Assembly (NCBI GenBank): GCA_963826085.1
Contig: CAWGVN010000002.1
Location: 1-64,000 of the forward strand
Direction of reading: 5' to 3'
Origin: an uncultured delta proteobacterium
GTDB taxonomy: Bacteria > Myxococcota_A > Polyangia > Polyangiales > Polyangiaceae
Length of the DNA stretch: 64,000 nucleotides
Each line of letters opens with the position of its first letter. Position 1 is the first letter of the stretch. Position numbers and translations under genes: made by a program. The notes beneath the pieces were generated by a model. That model was not told the origin of the DNA, made no database searches, and worked only from the letters and a program-made list of their open reading frames with translations. Shown here piece after piece: positions 9,120-17,291 of the stretch.

Positions 9120-9230
9120 CGCGGCCGGGCGGGCCGGATAGCCGGTCACACGAACGTGGCGACCACCCAGCGCTACGTGCATGCGAACGCAGGTGACCTG
9201 GTAGCCACCATCAGCAAGCTCCGGAGCTAG
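9120..9230 (+). pseudogene. tyrosine recombinase (phage-type integrase) C-terminal remnant adjacent to tRNA-Pro
   Basis: C-terminal ...RIAGHTNVATTQRYVHANAGDLVATISKL matches the conserved integrase tail (LGH...ATTQRYxH, catalytic Tyr). The upstream part of the ORF is not integrase-like and overlaps the transposase remnant. Confidence 0.5.
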
Positions 9231-9311
9231 TCAGAACTGGTAACGGAGTGGTAACGGCCCCCCCCCGCGTTGTCCAAGTACCTGAAACCCCAGAACAATC
9301 GTCAGAAATAG

Positions 9312-9386
9312 TCGGGGCGAGTGGATTCGAACCACCGACCCCTTGACCCCCAGTCAAGTGCGCTAACCAAACTGCGCTACGCCCCG
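9312..9386 (-). tRNA. tRNA-Pro (anticodon GGG)
   Basis: Minus strand: CGGGGCG-TA-GCGC-AGTTTGGTTA-GCGC-A-CTTGA-CTGGGGG-TCAAG-GGGTC-GGTGG-TTCGAAT-CCACT-CGCCCCG-A. A cloverleaf can be drawn with a 7-bp acceptor, a GG-containing D-loop, anticodon loop CU-GGG-GG and a TTCGAAT T-loop. CCA is not encoded. Confidence 0.85.
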
Positions 9387-9485
9387 ACCGCCCACGGCGG
9401 CCGGGCGGGCCGTCGAGGGTGAGCGGAACGTAGTCGAACGGATTGTGAATGCAAGCCCGGCGTCGGGCTTTGCACGCGGGCGCGC

Positions 9486-10772
9486 TCAGGATGGGATTTT
9501 GGGGCTGTCCGGCGCGTCTTGTCCGTCGTCCGGGGGCGGCGGGGTCAGGGTGCTGCTCCGCTCGAGCCGCGCCAGGTGGCGGGCCAACCGCCGATACAGC
9601 TCCGCCGCCAGAATGGGATCCGCGGCGCAGACCTCCTCGAAGTCGTCGGCGCGCACGCGCAGCAGCCTGGCGGTGCGCGCCACCGTGGGCAGCGGTCCTT
9701 TGCCCCAGACGCCGACCAGCGACTCGGGAAAGAGCAGCGCGCCGGTGCCCACCTGCCGGCCGCTCGTGCCCACTCCCGTCACGATCCCGTCGAGCACGAT
9801 GTACGCGACCAGATCGCTGGCGATCACGCGCGGAACGACGGCGCCCGCCTCGAGCTCGACTTCGACTGCCGCCGCCAGCGCCTCGAGCATCAGCGGCTGG
9901 TCGAGCTCGCTGAGCAGCGGACTCTGCGCGGCGTGCTCGAGATCCGCCGCGCCCAGCCCGCGATCCTCGCCGGGGCGCGTGACGAAGCGATCGCCGATCT
10001 CGATCACGATGGCGGTGGCGTTGTCGCGACCCTTCTGCCCTGCGCGACCGACCAGCGCGCGCGCGGCATCCTCGGGACTGCCGAGCCGAAGCAGCTGCGC
10101 CAGCTCGCTCTCGCCCTCCAGCTGATCGTGGACGCCGTCGGAGCAGAGCAGCAGCCGATCGCCGCGCGCTAGATCGACGAACAGCGCGTCCGCGGCCAGC
10201 GCGTCCGCGATGCCGATGGCGTTGATGAGCCGGTTGTGGCCCTGGGCGCGCCGGCGCGGTTCGAGCTTGCCGTCGGCCTTGAGCGACTCGAGCTGCGCGT
10301 GATCCTGCGTGAGCTGCAGCACCGCGTTCGAGCGCGCGAGGTACACGCGGCTGTCGCCGGCGTGCGCCACGAACGCGTGGTCGCGCGCCAGCCACACCAC
10401 GTCGAGCGTGGTGCCCATGCCGTGGCGCGCTGGATCCTGCTCCGCCTCGCGGCGCACCTTGTCGTTGGCGCGCTCCATCACGCGCTTGAGCCGGGCCAGC
10501 ATGTTGCGGCGCGTCTTCAGATCCGGCCGCGCGCAGTACTGGTCGCAGATCCCCTGCGACGTGGCGTCGGCGATGGCCTCCTTCACCTCGTCGACGGCGA
10601 GCCGCGCCGCGACCTCGCCGGCGGGATGCCCGCCCATGCCATCCGCGACGGCGAACACCGCGAGCCCCGGCTCGAGCAGCGCCACGTCCTCGTGCGTCGA
10701 GCGCGACCGCCCGATGTCCTCGCACACCGAGAACTCGATGCGGAAGTCGAAGCGGGGGACGAGGTGCGCCAT
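9486..10772 (-). CDS. PP2C-family Ser/Thr protein phosphatase with C-terminal cyclic-nucleotide-binding-like domain
   Basis: MAHLVPRFDFRIEFSVCEDIGRSRSTHEDV...FAVADGMGGHPAGEVAARLAV...GMGTTLDVV...LLCSDGVHDQL...DNATAIVIEI are PP2C motifs. A C-terminal block of about 120 aa ends ...DFEEVCAADPILAAELYRRLARHLARL. Confidence 0.8.
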   Translation of the reverse strand: MAHLVPRFDFRIEFSVCEDIGRSRSTHEDVALLEPGLAVFAVADGMGGHPAGEVAARLAVDEVKEAIADATSQGICDQYCARPDLKTRRNMLARLKRVMERANDKVRREAEQDPARHGMGTTLDVVWLARDHAFVAHAGDSRVYLARSNAVLQLTQDHAQLESLKADGKLEPRRRAQGHNRLINAIGIADALAADALFVDLARGDRLLLCSDGVHDQLEGESELAQLLRLGSPEDAARALVGRAGQKGRDNATAIVIEIGDRFVTRPGEDRGLGAADLEHAAQSPLLSELDQPLMLEALAAAVEVELEAGAVVPRVIASDLVAYIVLDGIVTGVGTSGRQVGTGALLFPESLVGVWGKGPLPTVARTARLLRVRADDFEEVCAADPILAAELYRRLARHLARLERSSTLTPPPPDDGQDAPDSPKIPS

Positions 10773-10848
10773 GGTCGATACAGTACTCCTACTCCGGTGC
10801 GATCCGGCAGAGCGCGAGCCGCGGATCCGTGATAAACGCGGCGCCACA

Positions 10849-11514
10849 ATGCGCGTGCTCGGCATCGAGACTTCCGCTCTGCGCGGCAGCGTCGCCCTGG
10901 TGGAGGCCGGCAGGGTCGTCCGCGCCGCGAGCCAGACCGAGCCGAACGCCCACGCCGAGCGCACCCTGCCGCTGGTCGAGCGGGTGCTGGCCGAGGCCGG
11001 CTGGGCGCGGAGCTCGCTCGATCGCGTCGCGGTCGGCATCGGCCCCGGGTCGTTCACGGGCCTGCGGATCGGCATGGCCCTGGGCCAGGGCATCGCGCTC
11101 GGGCTGGGCATTCCGGTGGTCGGCGTGGGCTCGCTCCGGGCCATGGCCGCGGCGGTTCCGGCCGATCGCAGCGGGCTCCGGGTGCCGCTGCTCGACGCGC
11201 GCCGGAGCGAGCTGTTCGCGGCCGTCTACGACGCTGCGGGGCAGGAGCTCGTCGCCCCGCTTGCCCTGCCGCAGGTCAGCGCGCTGTCCACCCTGGAAGA
11301 ACGGGCCCCCGGTGCGCGCGTCCTGATCGGGGAGGTGACGGCAGTGCTGGCCGTCCCCGGCGCGCTGCGCTCGGCGGAGACCGACCTGCCCCACGCCGGC
11401 TTCACCGCGATCGTGGGCGCCGGGCTGGACCCTGCGCTTTCTCCGGCCGAGCCGCTCTACGTCCGCGAGGCCGACGCGATCAAGCCGGACCTGCCGCCGT
11501 CTCCCTTCGGTTAG
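10849..11514 (+). CDS. tsaB: tRNA threonylcarbamoyladenosine biosynthesis protein TsaB
   Basis: MRVLGIETSALRGSVALVEAG...VAVGIGPGSFTGLRIGMALGQGIALGLGIPVVGV is the YeaZ/TsaB fold, at 222 aa. Confidence 0.8.
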   Translation: MRVLGIETSALRGSVALVEAGRVVRAASQTEPNAHAERTLPLVERVLAEAGWARSSLDRVAVGIGPGSFTGLRIGMALGQGIALGLGIPVVGVGSLRAMAAAVPADRSGLRVPLLDARRSELFAAVYDAAGQELVAPLALPQVSALSTLEERAPGARVLIGEVTAVLAVPGALRSAETDLPHAGFTAIVGAGLDPALSPAEPLYVREADAIKPDLPPSPFG

Positions 11515-11545
11515 CCGGTGGCGAAGCCCCCGCGCCTCGTCTAGC

Positions 11546-12268
11546 ATGCCTGGGCACATGGCATCTTCCGCGGATCCGGTGGAGGGCGGCGGGGAGAACC
11601 GACTGCTGGCGCGTTTCGGGCGGCGGTTCTCGGCGGGAGAAGTGCTGTTCAACGACGGCGACGCCGCGAAGGAAGCGTTCCTGCTGCAGGAGGGGCGCGT
11701 CCGGCTGATCAAGAAGGTGGGGGCCGTCGAGCGCAGCCTGCGCGTGCTCCGGCCAGGTGACCTGTTCGGCGAGACGGCGCTGATCGAGGGCGCGCCGCGC
11801 AACTCGACCGCCGTCGCCCTGTCCGACGGCGTGGCCCTGGCGCTGGATCAGGCGACCTTCGAGCAGGTGCTCTCGGGCAATCCGGGCGTGGGCTCGCGCG
11901 TGCTGCACCAGCTGATCAAGCGGCTGCGCGATGCGGAGGACCAGATCGAGATCCAGATGCTGCGCGACTCGCAGTCCAAGGTCGTGGTGGCCTTGCTCAA
12001 GCTGGCCTACCAGACGGCGGGGGCGCACACGACCGGGGCCGTGACGGTGCACATCTCGCCGATGGACCTGTCGACGCGGGTCGGCCTGGACGTGGACACC
12101 GTCAAGCGCAACGTCCAGCAGCTCCGCGAGAGCGGATACATCAACATCTCCGGCGAGCGCGTCGAGATCCCGGACATCGAGGCGCTGGGCGAGCTGTACG
12201 GGTTGCTCGGGGTCAAGGACCAGATCGTCGGCGGCGACGAGAGCTCCGGCCGCTCCGGCTCGCGCTAA
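11546..12268 (+). CDS. Crp/Fnr-family transcriptional regulator (cNMP-binding + HTH)
   Basis: ...VLFNDGDAAKEAFLLQEGRVRLIKKVGAVERSLRVLRPGDLFGETALIEGAPRNSTAVAL... is the cNMP domain. A C-terminal HTH follows (LSTRVGLDVDTVKRNVQQLRESGYI). Confidence 0.8.
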   Translation: MPGHMASSADPVEGGGENRLLARFGRRFSAGEVLFNDGDAAKEAFLLQEGRVRLIKKVGAVERSLRVLRPGDLFGETALIEGAPRNSTAVALSDGVALALDQATFEQVLSGNPGVGSRVLHQLIKRLRDAEDQIEIQMLRDSQSKVVVALLKLAYQTAGAHTTGAVTVHISPMDLSTRVGLDVDTVKRNVQQLRESGYINISGERVEIPDIEALGELYGLLGVKDQIVGGDESSGRSGSR

Positions 12269-12342
12269 CCCTGGAAAATCAGCCACGTAGCGGCCGCGTT
12301 CCGCGTTGACTCGACTGCTGCCGTGCGGTAGGTGGCGGGCAC

Positions 12343-13158
12343 ATGAGGGCAGTGGGTTATCGCCTGGCAGTTGCGCTTTCGCTGGCGCTCCTGCCCCCGC
12401 TGCTGTCGGCCTGCCCGCCCAGCCCGGACAACCCCCACGGCGGAGATCCCGGCCGGATGAGCGATGCCCAGTACGACATGGCTCGCGACCTGTGGCTGCG
12501 GCAGGGCAAGGCGCGCGAGGCGCTGGCCCACGCGCTCAAGGCCGTCGACCTGAACGACGACAACTCGGACGCCGAGCACCTGGTAGCGCTCATCTACCTG
12601 GACTTCTGCGAAAAGAGCCCCGATGACTGCCGGCTGAAAGACGCGGAGAAGTACACCCGCATGGCTCTGGACGCCCGGCCGGAATTCCGCGAAGCCAAGA
12701 ACACCCTGGGCGTCATCCTGATCCACGAGAAGCGCTACGCCGACGCCATCAAGGTGCTCAAGCCGCTCACGGCCGACATCCTGTACGAGACCCCCGAGAA
12801 TGCTTGGGGAAATCTGGGCTGGGCCTACCTGGAGAAGGGGGAGCTCGACAAGGCCATCGACGCCCTCCAGCGCAGCGTGGCGGCGCAGCCGAAGTTCTGC
12901 GTGGGCAACTACCGCCTGGGCCGGGCTTTCGAGCGGAAGAAGCAACTCGAATCGGCGCTGGAAGCCTATTCGAACGCCCTGGATACCGACTCGCCGGCCT
13001 GCAAGCGGCTGCAGGTGGCGTTCGCCGGCAAGGGTCGGGTCGAGCTGACACTGGGCAAGGCCGACCAGGCCAAGGCCGACCTCGAGCAGTGCGTGAAGCT
13101 CGATGAGTCGACCAAGGCCGGAAAAGAATGCAGCTCCATGCTGGGAAAACTCAAGTAG
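12343..13158 (+). CDS. TPR-repeat lipoprotein
   Basis: Signal peptide with lipobox LLSAC, then TPR-like repeats (EALAHALKAVDLNDDNSDAEHLVALIY; AWGNLGWAYLEKGELDKAIDALQRSV; NYRLGRAFERKKQLESALEAYSNAL). Confidence 0.75.
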   Translation: MRAVGYRLAVALSLALLPPLLSACPPSPDNPHGGDPGRMSDAQYDMARDLWLRQGKAREALAHALKAVDLNDDNSDAEHLVALIYLDFCEKSPDDCRLKDAEKYTRMALDARPEFREAKNTLGVILIHEKRYADAIKVLKPLTADILYETPENAWGNLGWAYLEKGELDKAIDALQRSVAAQPKFCVGNYRLGRAFERKKQLESALEAYSNALDTDSPACKRLQVAFAGKGRVELTLGKADQAKADLEQCVKLDESTKAGKECSSMLGKLK

Positions 13159-13173
13159 GCTCTGGGCCCCGCG

Positions 13174-13611
13174 ATGGAAACGGTCGGCCAATACCTCAAG
13201 AGGGAGCGCGAAGCGCGACGCATGAGCATCGAAGAGATCTCGCGCGCGACGCGTGTGCCGATGTCGAGTGTCGAACGCATCGAAGCCGATCAGTTCGACG
13301 AGCTTCCCGGTGAAGTCTTCGTGCGCGGCTTCCTCAAGTCGTATGCGCGTTCCGTCGGCGTGCAGAGCGACGACGTGCTCGCGCGCTACACCGCAAGCCG
13401 TCGCGTTGCGTGGGTGACGCCGCTGCCGATCTCCAGCCCGACGAAGCCGGCGCGCGGCCGGCGTTTCGGCGTAGCGATCGCGTTCGTGCTGCTGCTCATC
13501 CTGTTCACGTTGGCCCTCAGCATCGTGCTCAAGCCGCGCGGCGACGACATGCCGCAGGAGCTGTCGATGCGCGCGCCGGCAGCAGGCACGGTCGGCAGCT
13601 TCACGGGCTGA
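13174..13611 (+). CDS. RodZ-like helix-turn-helix membrane protein
   Basis: N-terminal XRE-type HTH with the RodZ pattern (LKREREARRMSIEEISRATRVPMSSVERIEADQFDELPGEVFVRGFLKSYARSVG), followed by one TM helix (FGVAIAFVLLLILFTLALSIVL). Confidence 0.6.
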   Translation: METVGQYLKREREARRMSIEEISRATRVPMSSVERIEADQFDELPGEVFVRGFLKSYARSVGVQSDDVLARYTASRRVAWVTPLPISSPTKPARGRRFGVAIAFVLLLILFTLALSIVLKPRGDDMPQELSMRAPAAGTVGSFTG

Positions 13612-13618
13612 GCCCGCC

Positions 13619-14350
13619 GTGGCGCGCCCGCGCGCGACATCCGCTGCACGCTCGCACACGACGCGCGCGCTCCTGCTCCGTCGCGTGAGCTACGGCGAGT
13701 CCGATCTGGTCGTGACGCTGTTCACCGAAGCGCTCGGACGCGTGAGCGCGTTGGCTCGCGGCGCGCGGCGCAGCCAGAAGCGCTTCGGCGGATCGCTCGA
13801 GCCGATGCACACGCTCAGCGTGCGGATCGACGAACGCGCGGGTGCGGAGCTGCTCGCGCTCAGGGAAGCAACGCTCGAGACGCCGCGGCATCATCTCGTG
13901 CGCGATCTGGATCGCATGCAGGCCGCGGGGCGCGCGCTCGGTTGGATCCGTCGCGCCGCGCCGCCGCGCACGCCCGAGCCGGACGCGTGGCGTGTGCTGC
14001 TCGAGCTGCTCGATCGCCTGGACGACGAACGCGACGCGCGCGCGCCGCGACTGCACCTCGCCGAGCTCGGCCTCAGGCTGCTGGCCGCGCTCGGCTGGGG
14101 GCTGGATCTAGAGCGCTGCGTCCGCTGCGGAAAACCCTGCGAACCGGGCCGCGCGGCCATGCTCGACGCCGCCCGCGGGGGGCTCGTCTGCCGGGCCTGC
14201 GGCGGGGCTCGCGTGCAGCTGGATGGCGCGGCGCGCGCGCGCCTGGCGTCCGCCGCGGCGGGTCAAAATCCTGGGCTTTCCGCCGAGGATGCCGATACCG
14301 CGCTGGCTCTGGTGGAGGTCGCGCTGCGCGAGCACATGGACATCGAGTGA
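13619..14350 (+). CDS. recO: DNA repair protein RecO
   Basis: LLLRRVSYGESDLVVTLFTEALGRVSALARGARRSQKRFGGSLEPMH matches the RecO N-terminal OB fold. A C-terminal Zn finger is present (CVRCGK...CRACGG). GTG start. Confidence 0.8.
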   Translation: MARPRATSAARSHTTRALLLRRVSYGESDLVVTLFTEALGRVSALARGARRSQKRFGGSLEPMHTLSVRIDERAGAELLALREATLETPRHHLVRDLDRMQAAGRALGWIRRAAPPRTPEPDAWRVLLELLDRLDDERDARAPRLHLAELGLRLLAALGWGLDLERCVRCGKPCEPGRAAMLDAARGGLVCRACGGARVQLDGAARARLASAAAGQNPGLSAEDADTALALVEVALREHMDIE

Positions 14351-14409
14351 GCGACGTCAACGTCCGCCGCTGCGTGGCGGGCGCCGGGCCGGTGTTCTAC
14401 ACTCGACGG

Positions 14410-15210
14410 ATGGCACCGAGGTGGATCGTGGTGGGGCTCTCGGCGGCGTTGCTGGTTCCGGCCGCGGCGTGGGCCGGGTCGTCGAGCCAGCACAAGGATT
14501 CGAGCTCGAAGAGCGACGCCAAGCTGCCGCCGCTGAAGGTGAGCATCGATCGCTCGAAGGTGGATCTCGCGGACCACCACCTGGAAGTGAAGATGTCGCG
14601 CACGGCGGCGTCCGTGCACATCAAGGTGATGGACGAGTCGGGCGACGTGCTCGCCGACGAGGAGCAGGACTTCAAGGGCAAGCCCGCGGGCACGCCGCTG
14701 GTCGTGACGTGGTCGCCCAAGAACGACTCGGCCGTCGCGCGCATCGAGGTGTTCTGTTACGACACGCACGGCTACTACTCGGGCGTCGCGATCGTCCCCT
14801 GGTCGGTGAGCATCCCGCACCAGGAGGTGCTGTTCGACACCGACAAGGCGATCATCAAGGCGAGCGAAAAGCCGAAGCTCGAGGACAGCTACGCGAAGAT
14901 CCAGCAGGCCATCAAGGAGCACAAGGATCTCGGCTCCATCAAGCTCTTCATCGGCGGGCACACCGACACGGTCGGCAGCGCGGCGCACAACCTCGAGCTC
15001 TCGCGCCGCCGCGCGCAGGCGATCGCCTCGTGGTTCCACCGTCGCGGCATCCGCATCCCCGTCTACTACGCCGGCTTCGGCGAGTCGGTCCCCGCGGTCA
15101 AGACCGCCGACAACGTGGACGAGCCCAGAAACCGCCGCGTCGACTACATCCTCGCGATCGATCCGCCAGCGATGAAGAGCGGCAGCAGCGTCGCCTGGCA
15201 TCACGGGTAG
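14410..15210 (+). CDS. OmpA-family protein (periplasmic, OmpA C-terminal-like domain)
   Basis: Signal peptide MAPRWIVVGLSAALLVPAAAWA. The C-terminus has the OmpA_C pattern ...LFIGGHTDTVGSAAHNLELSRRRAQAIASWF...RRVDYIL. Confidence 0.8.
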   Translation: MAPRWIVVGLSAALLVPAAAWAGSSSQHKDSSSKSDAKLPPLKVSIDRSKVDLADHHLEVKMSRTAASVHIKVMDESGDVLADEEQDFKGKPAGTPLVVTWSPKNDSAVARIEVFCYDTHGYYSGVAIVPWSVSIPHQEVLFDTDKAIIKASEKPKLEDSYAKIQQAIKEHKDLGSIKLFIGGHTDTVGSAAHNLELSRRRAQAIASWFHRRGIRIPVYYAGFGESVPAVKTADNVDEPRNRRVDYILAIDPPAMKSGSSVAWHHG

Positions 15211-15526
15211 GGCGGCGCCGGCGTCCGCCGGAGCGTGTCGTCGAGGGACGCCCGCGTCTGCACCTGGGTCATCGGGCGCACCCCACCAGGTCCCGGAGCA
15301 GGCGCGCCCCACACGTCCAAGCAGCTCCCCGGGCGGAGGCGCCGGATAGGGCTGGCAAGCCGCAGCGTCACGGGACGCAAAAGTAGCAAGTGGATTTCAA
15401 AGTCGTTTGCAAGAGATCCCGCAGACCTTGCGAACTGACGCAGATATGGCGGCGCAGCGAGTGGCGGCCGGCCCAAAAATGAACTTGATTTTCATTTTCA
15501 AATCTGCGAGCAATCCGATCCTGGAG

Positions 15527-16498
15527 ATGGGTCGAGCCATGTTGACGTTCCGCCGGCCTCCGGGGCTGGTCGCGGAAAAGCCATCGGGGGCGCGGAATGC
15601 GCTGGGAGACTACCTCGCGCGCGAGGCGCGGATGCTCCTGGCTTCGGCCGAGGCGTTCCGTTCGCTTTCCGACACGTTGTTCGCGGCGGGCGCGCCGTGC
15701 GCGCTGACCGGTCGCGCGGCGTGCGCGGCCAACGATCGCGCGCGCCACGCCGAGGTCGTGACACGACTGGCGTCGCGCTACGGCGGACGGCCGGCTCAGC
15801 TGCGCGTCGCGAGGCCGAAGCCACAAACGCTGCTCGAGCTCGCACTCGACAACGCCGCGGAGGGTTGCGTCCGCGATACGTACGCAGCGCTGCTCGCGTC
15901 GTGGCAGTCCGATCACGCGCGCAGCCGTGCCATCTCGGAGGCGATGGCGATGATCGCGCGCGACGGCACCCGCCACGCAGCGCTCGCGTGGGCGCTGTCG
16001 GACTGGGCCATGCCGCAGCTGCCGCGGCGGGATCAGGCGCGCGTTCGACGCGCGTGCATGGATGCGGTGGCGAGGCTCGAGCGCAGCGTGCGCGAGCCGG
16101 ATCCGTCGCTGGTCCGCCGCGCCGGGCTTCCGACGCGCGCCGAACAGCGGACGTTGATCGCGGAGCTGTGCCGCATGTTGTGGGACAAGCCCGACTGCAC
16201 GCGGAAGTCGAAGAACGCGCGGCGTCCGGAGCTGCTGACCCGGGGCCGGGTAGGCCGTCCGCCGGCGCGTTGGGGCCGGCTGGCGCTCTATGTCGAACAG
16301 CAGGGGCTATCGCGGCAGAGCGTCGCCCAAGAGCTCGGGATTTCCCGCAAGTTCCTCGACAACATCTGCCGCGAGGTGCGGCGCCCGGGGCCCGCGCTGG
16401 CCGAGCGGATCGAGCGGCTCACTCAGGGCAAGGTGAGCGTCGCCTATCTGATGGCGCTGCCGAAACACGACCGCCGCGGCCCCAAGCCGCGGCGGTGA
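15527..16498 (+). CDS. hypothetical protein, ferritin-like/four-helix region with C-terminal HTH-like segment
   Basis: Long ORF preceded by an AT-richer promoter-like stretch. There is an internal helical region with E/H-rich pairs (AEGCVRDTYAALLASW...AISEAMAMIARDGTRHAALAW). The C-terminal LSRQSVAQELGISRKFLDNICREV is HTH-like. Start uncertain. Confidence 0.4.
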   Translation: MGRAMLTFRRPPGLVAEKPSGARNALGDYLAREARMLLASAEAFRSLSDTLFAAGAPCALTGRAACAANDRARHAEVVTRLASRYGGRPAQLRVARPKPQTLLELALDNAAEGCVRDTYAALLASWQSDHARSRAISEAMAMIARDGTRHAALAWALSDWAMPQLPRRDQARVRRACMDAVARLERSVREPDPSLVRRAGLPTRAEQRTLIAELCRMLWDKPDCTRKSKNARRPELLTRGRVGRPPARWGRLALYVEQQGLSRQSVAQELGISRKFLDNICREVRRPGPALAERIERLTQGKVSVAYLMALPKHDRRGPKPRR

Positions 16499-16505
16499 GC
16501 GCAGC

Positions 16506-17156
16506 TCACGGACACTGATCGCTGGTCGGACAGGGCGGCGAGTTGTTCGCACCCGGACAGCACACCCAGACGCAGTCGGCGCTCGAGCCCACCGTCTCCG
16601 TCGTGCTGCTCTTGGCGGACTGTCCGCTTCCCGTGAGCGTGCCGGGATCGCCCGACCCCTGGTCGCCGTCGGTGTCGTGCCAGGGAGCGTTGCCGAGGAC
16701 GAAGCCGGATGCCGCGGTCGCCGCCAGATCGACCTGTCCCGGATCGACGCACACGGTCTGCTTCGCGGCGGTGCTTGCCGTCCCGCCGGCGACCGATACC
16801 GAGCACCAGTTGAGGTAGTTCTTCACGGTGAGCGGAACCTGGCTGCCGGTGCAGCCGCCGCCGCTGCCGCCGGTTCCAGCACTTCCGCCTGCGCCCGAGC
16901 TCCCGCCCGCGCCCGAGCTTCCGCCCGTGGAGCTGCCGGCCGTGCCGCCGCTTCCGCTGCCGCTGCTGCCGCCCGTGGAGCTGCCAGCGGTTCCGCCGGT
17001 GCCGCTGCCCGAGCTGCCGCCGCTGCCGCCGCTGGAACCCCCGGTGCCGCCGCTGCTGCTGCTCTTCTTCGAGCTGCTGCTGCAGCCGACGGTCGTTCCG
17101 AGCGCCAGCACAAAACCAAGAGAAGATACGTAGGCCAGGTTCCTCAAGTTGATCAT
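16506..17156 (-). CDS. Gly/Ser-rich lipoprotein with Cys-rich C-terminal domain
   Basis: MINLRNLAYVSSLGFVLALGTTVGC (lipobox), a GS-rich linker of about 80 aa, then a C-terminal module with 8 Cys. It is the only coding-looking part of the 1150-aa antisense ORF in the track. Confidence 0.6.
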   Translation of the reverse strand: MINLRNLAYVSSLGFVLALGTTVGCSSSSKKSSSSGGTGGSSGGSGGSSGSGTGGTAGSSTGGSSGSGSGGTAGSSTGGSSGAGGSSGAGGSAGTGGSGGGCTGSQVPLTVKNYLNWCSVSVAGGTASTAAKQTVCVDPGQVDLAATAASGFVLGNAPWHDTDGDQGSGDPGTLTGSGQSAKSSTTETVGSSADCVWVCCPGANNSPPCPTSDQCP

Positions 17157-17291
17157 GGTCAAGAGTGTCCTCTCTAGCCCGGAGGCGGTCAACTCCGCGT
17201 CGGGTCGCATCGAACGGACGCGCAAGTACCCGGCAACGCTGCGAATTGTCCGATGAGGTCGGGCCCGGCTCCAATCCTGTAGACTGGGTCC

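Noticed and set aside
9400-9485. Direct repeat of tRNA-Pro 3' end marking the island boundary
   Set aside because: It could not be found within the window by eye. The far end of the island probably lies upstream of position 1, so no att repeat feature is reported.
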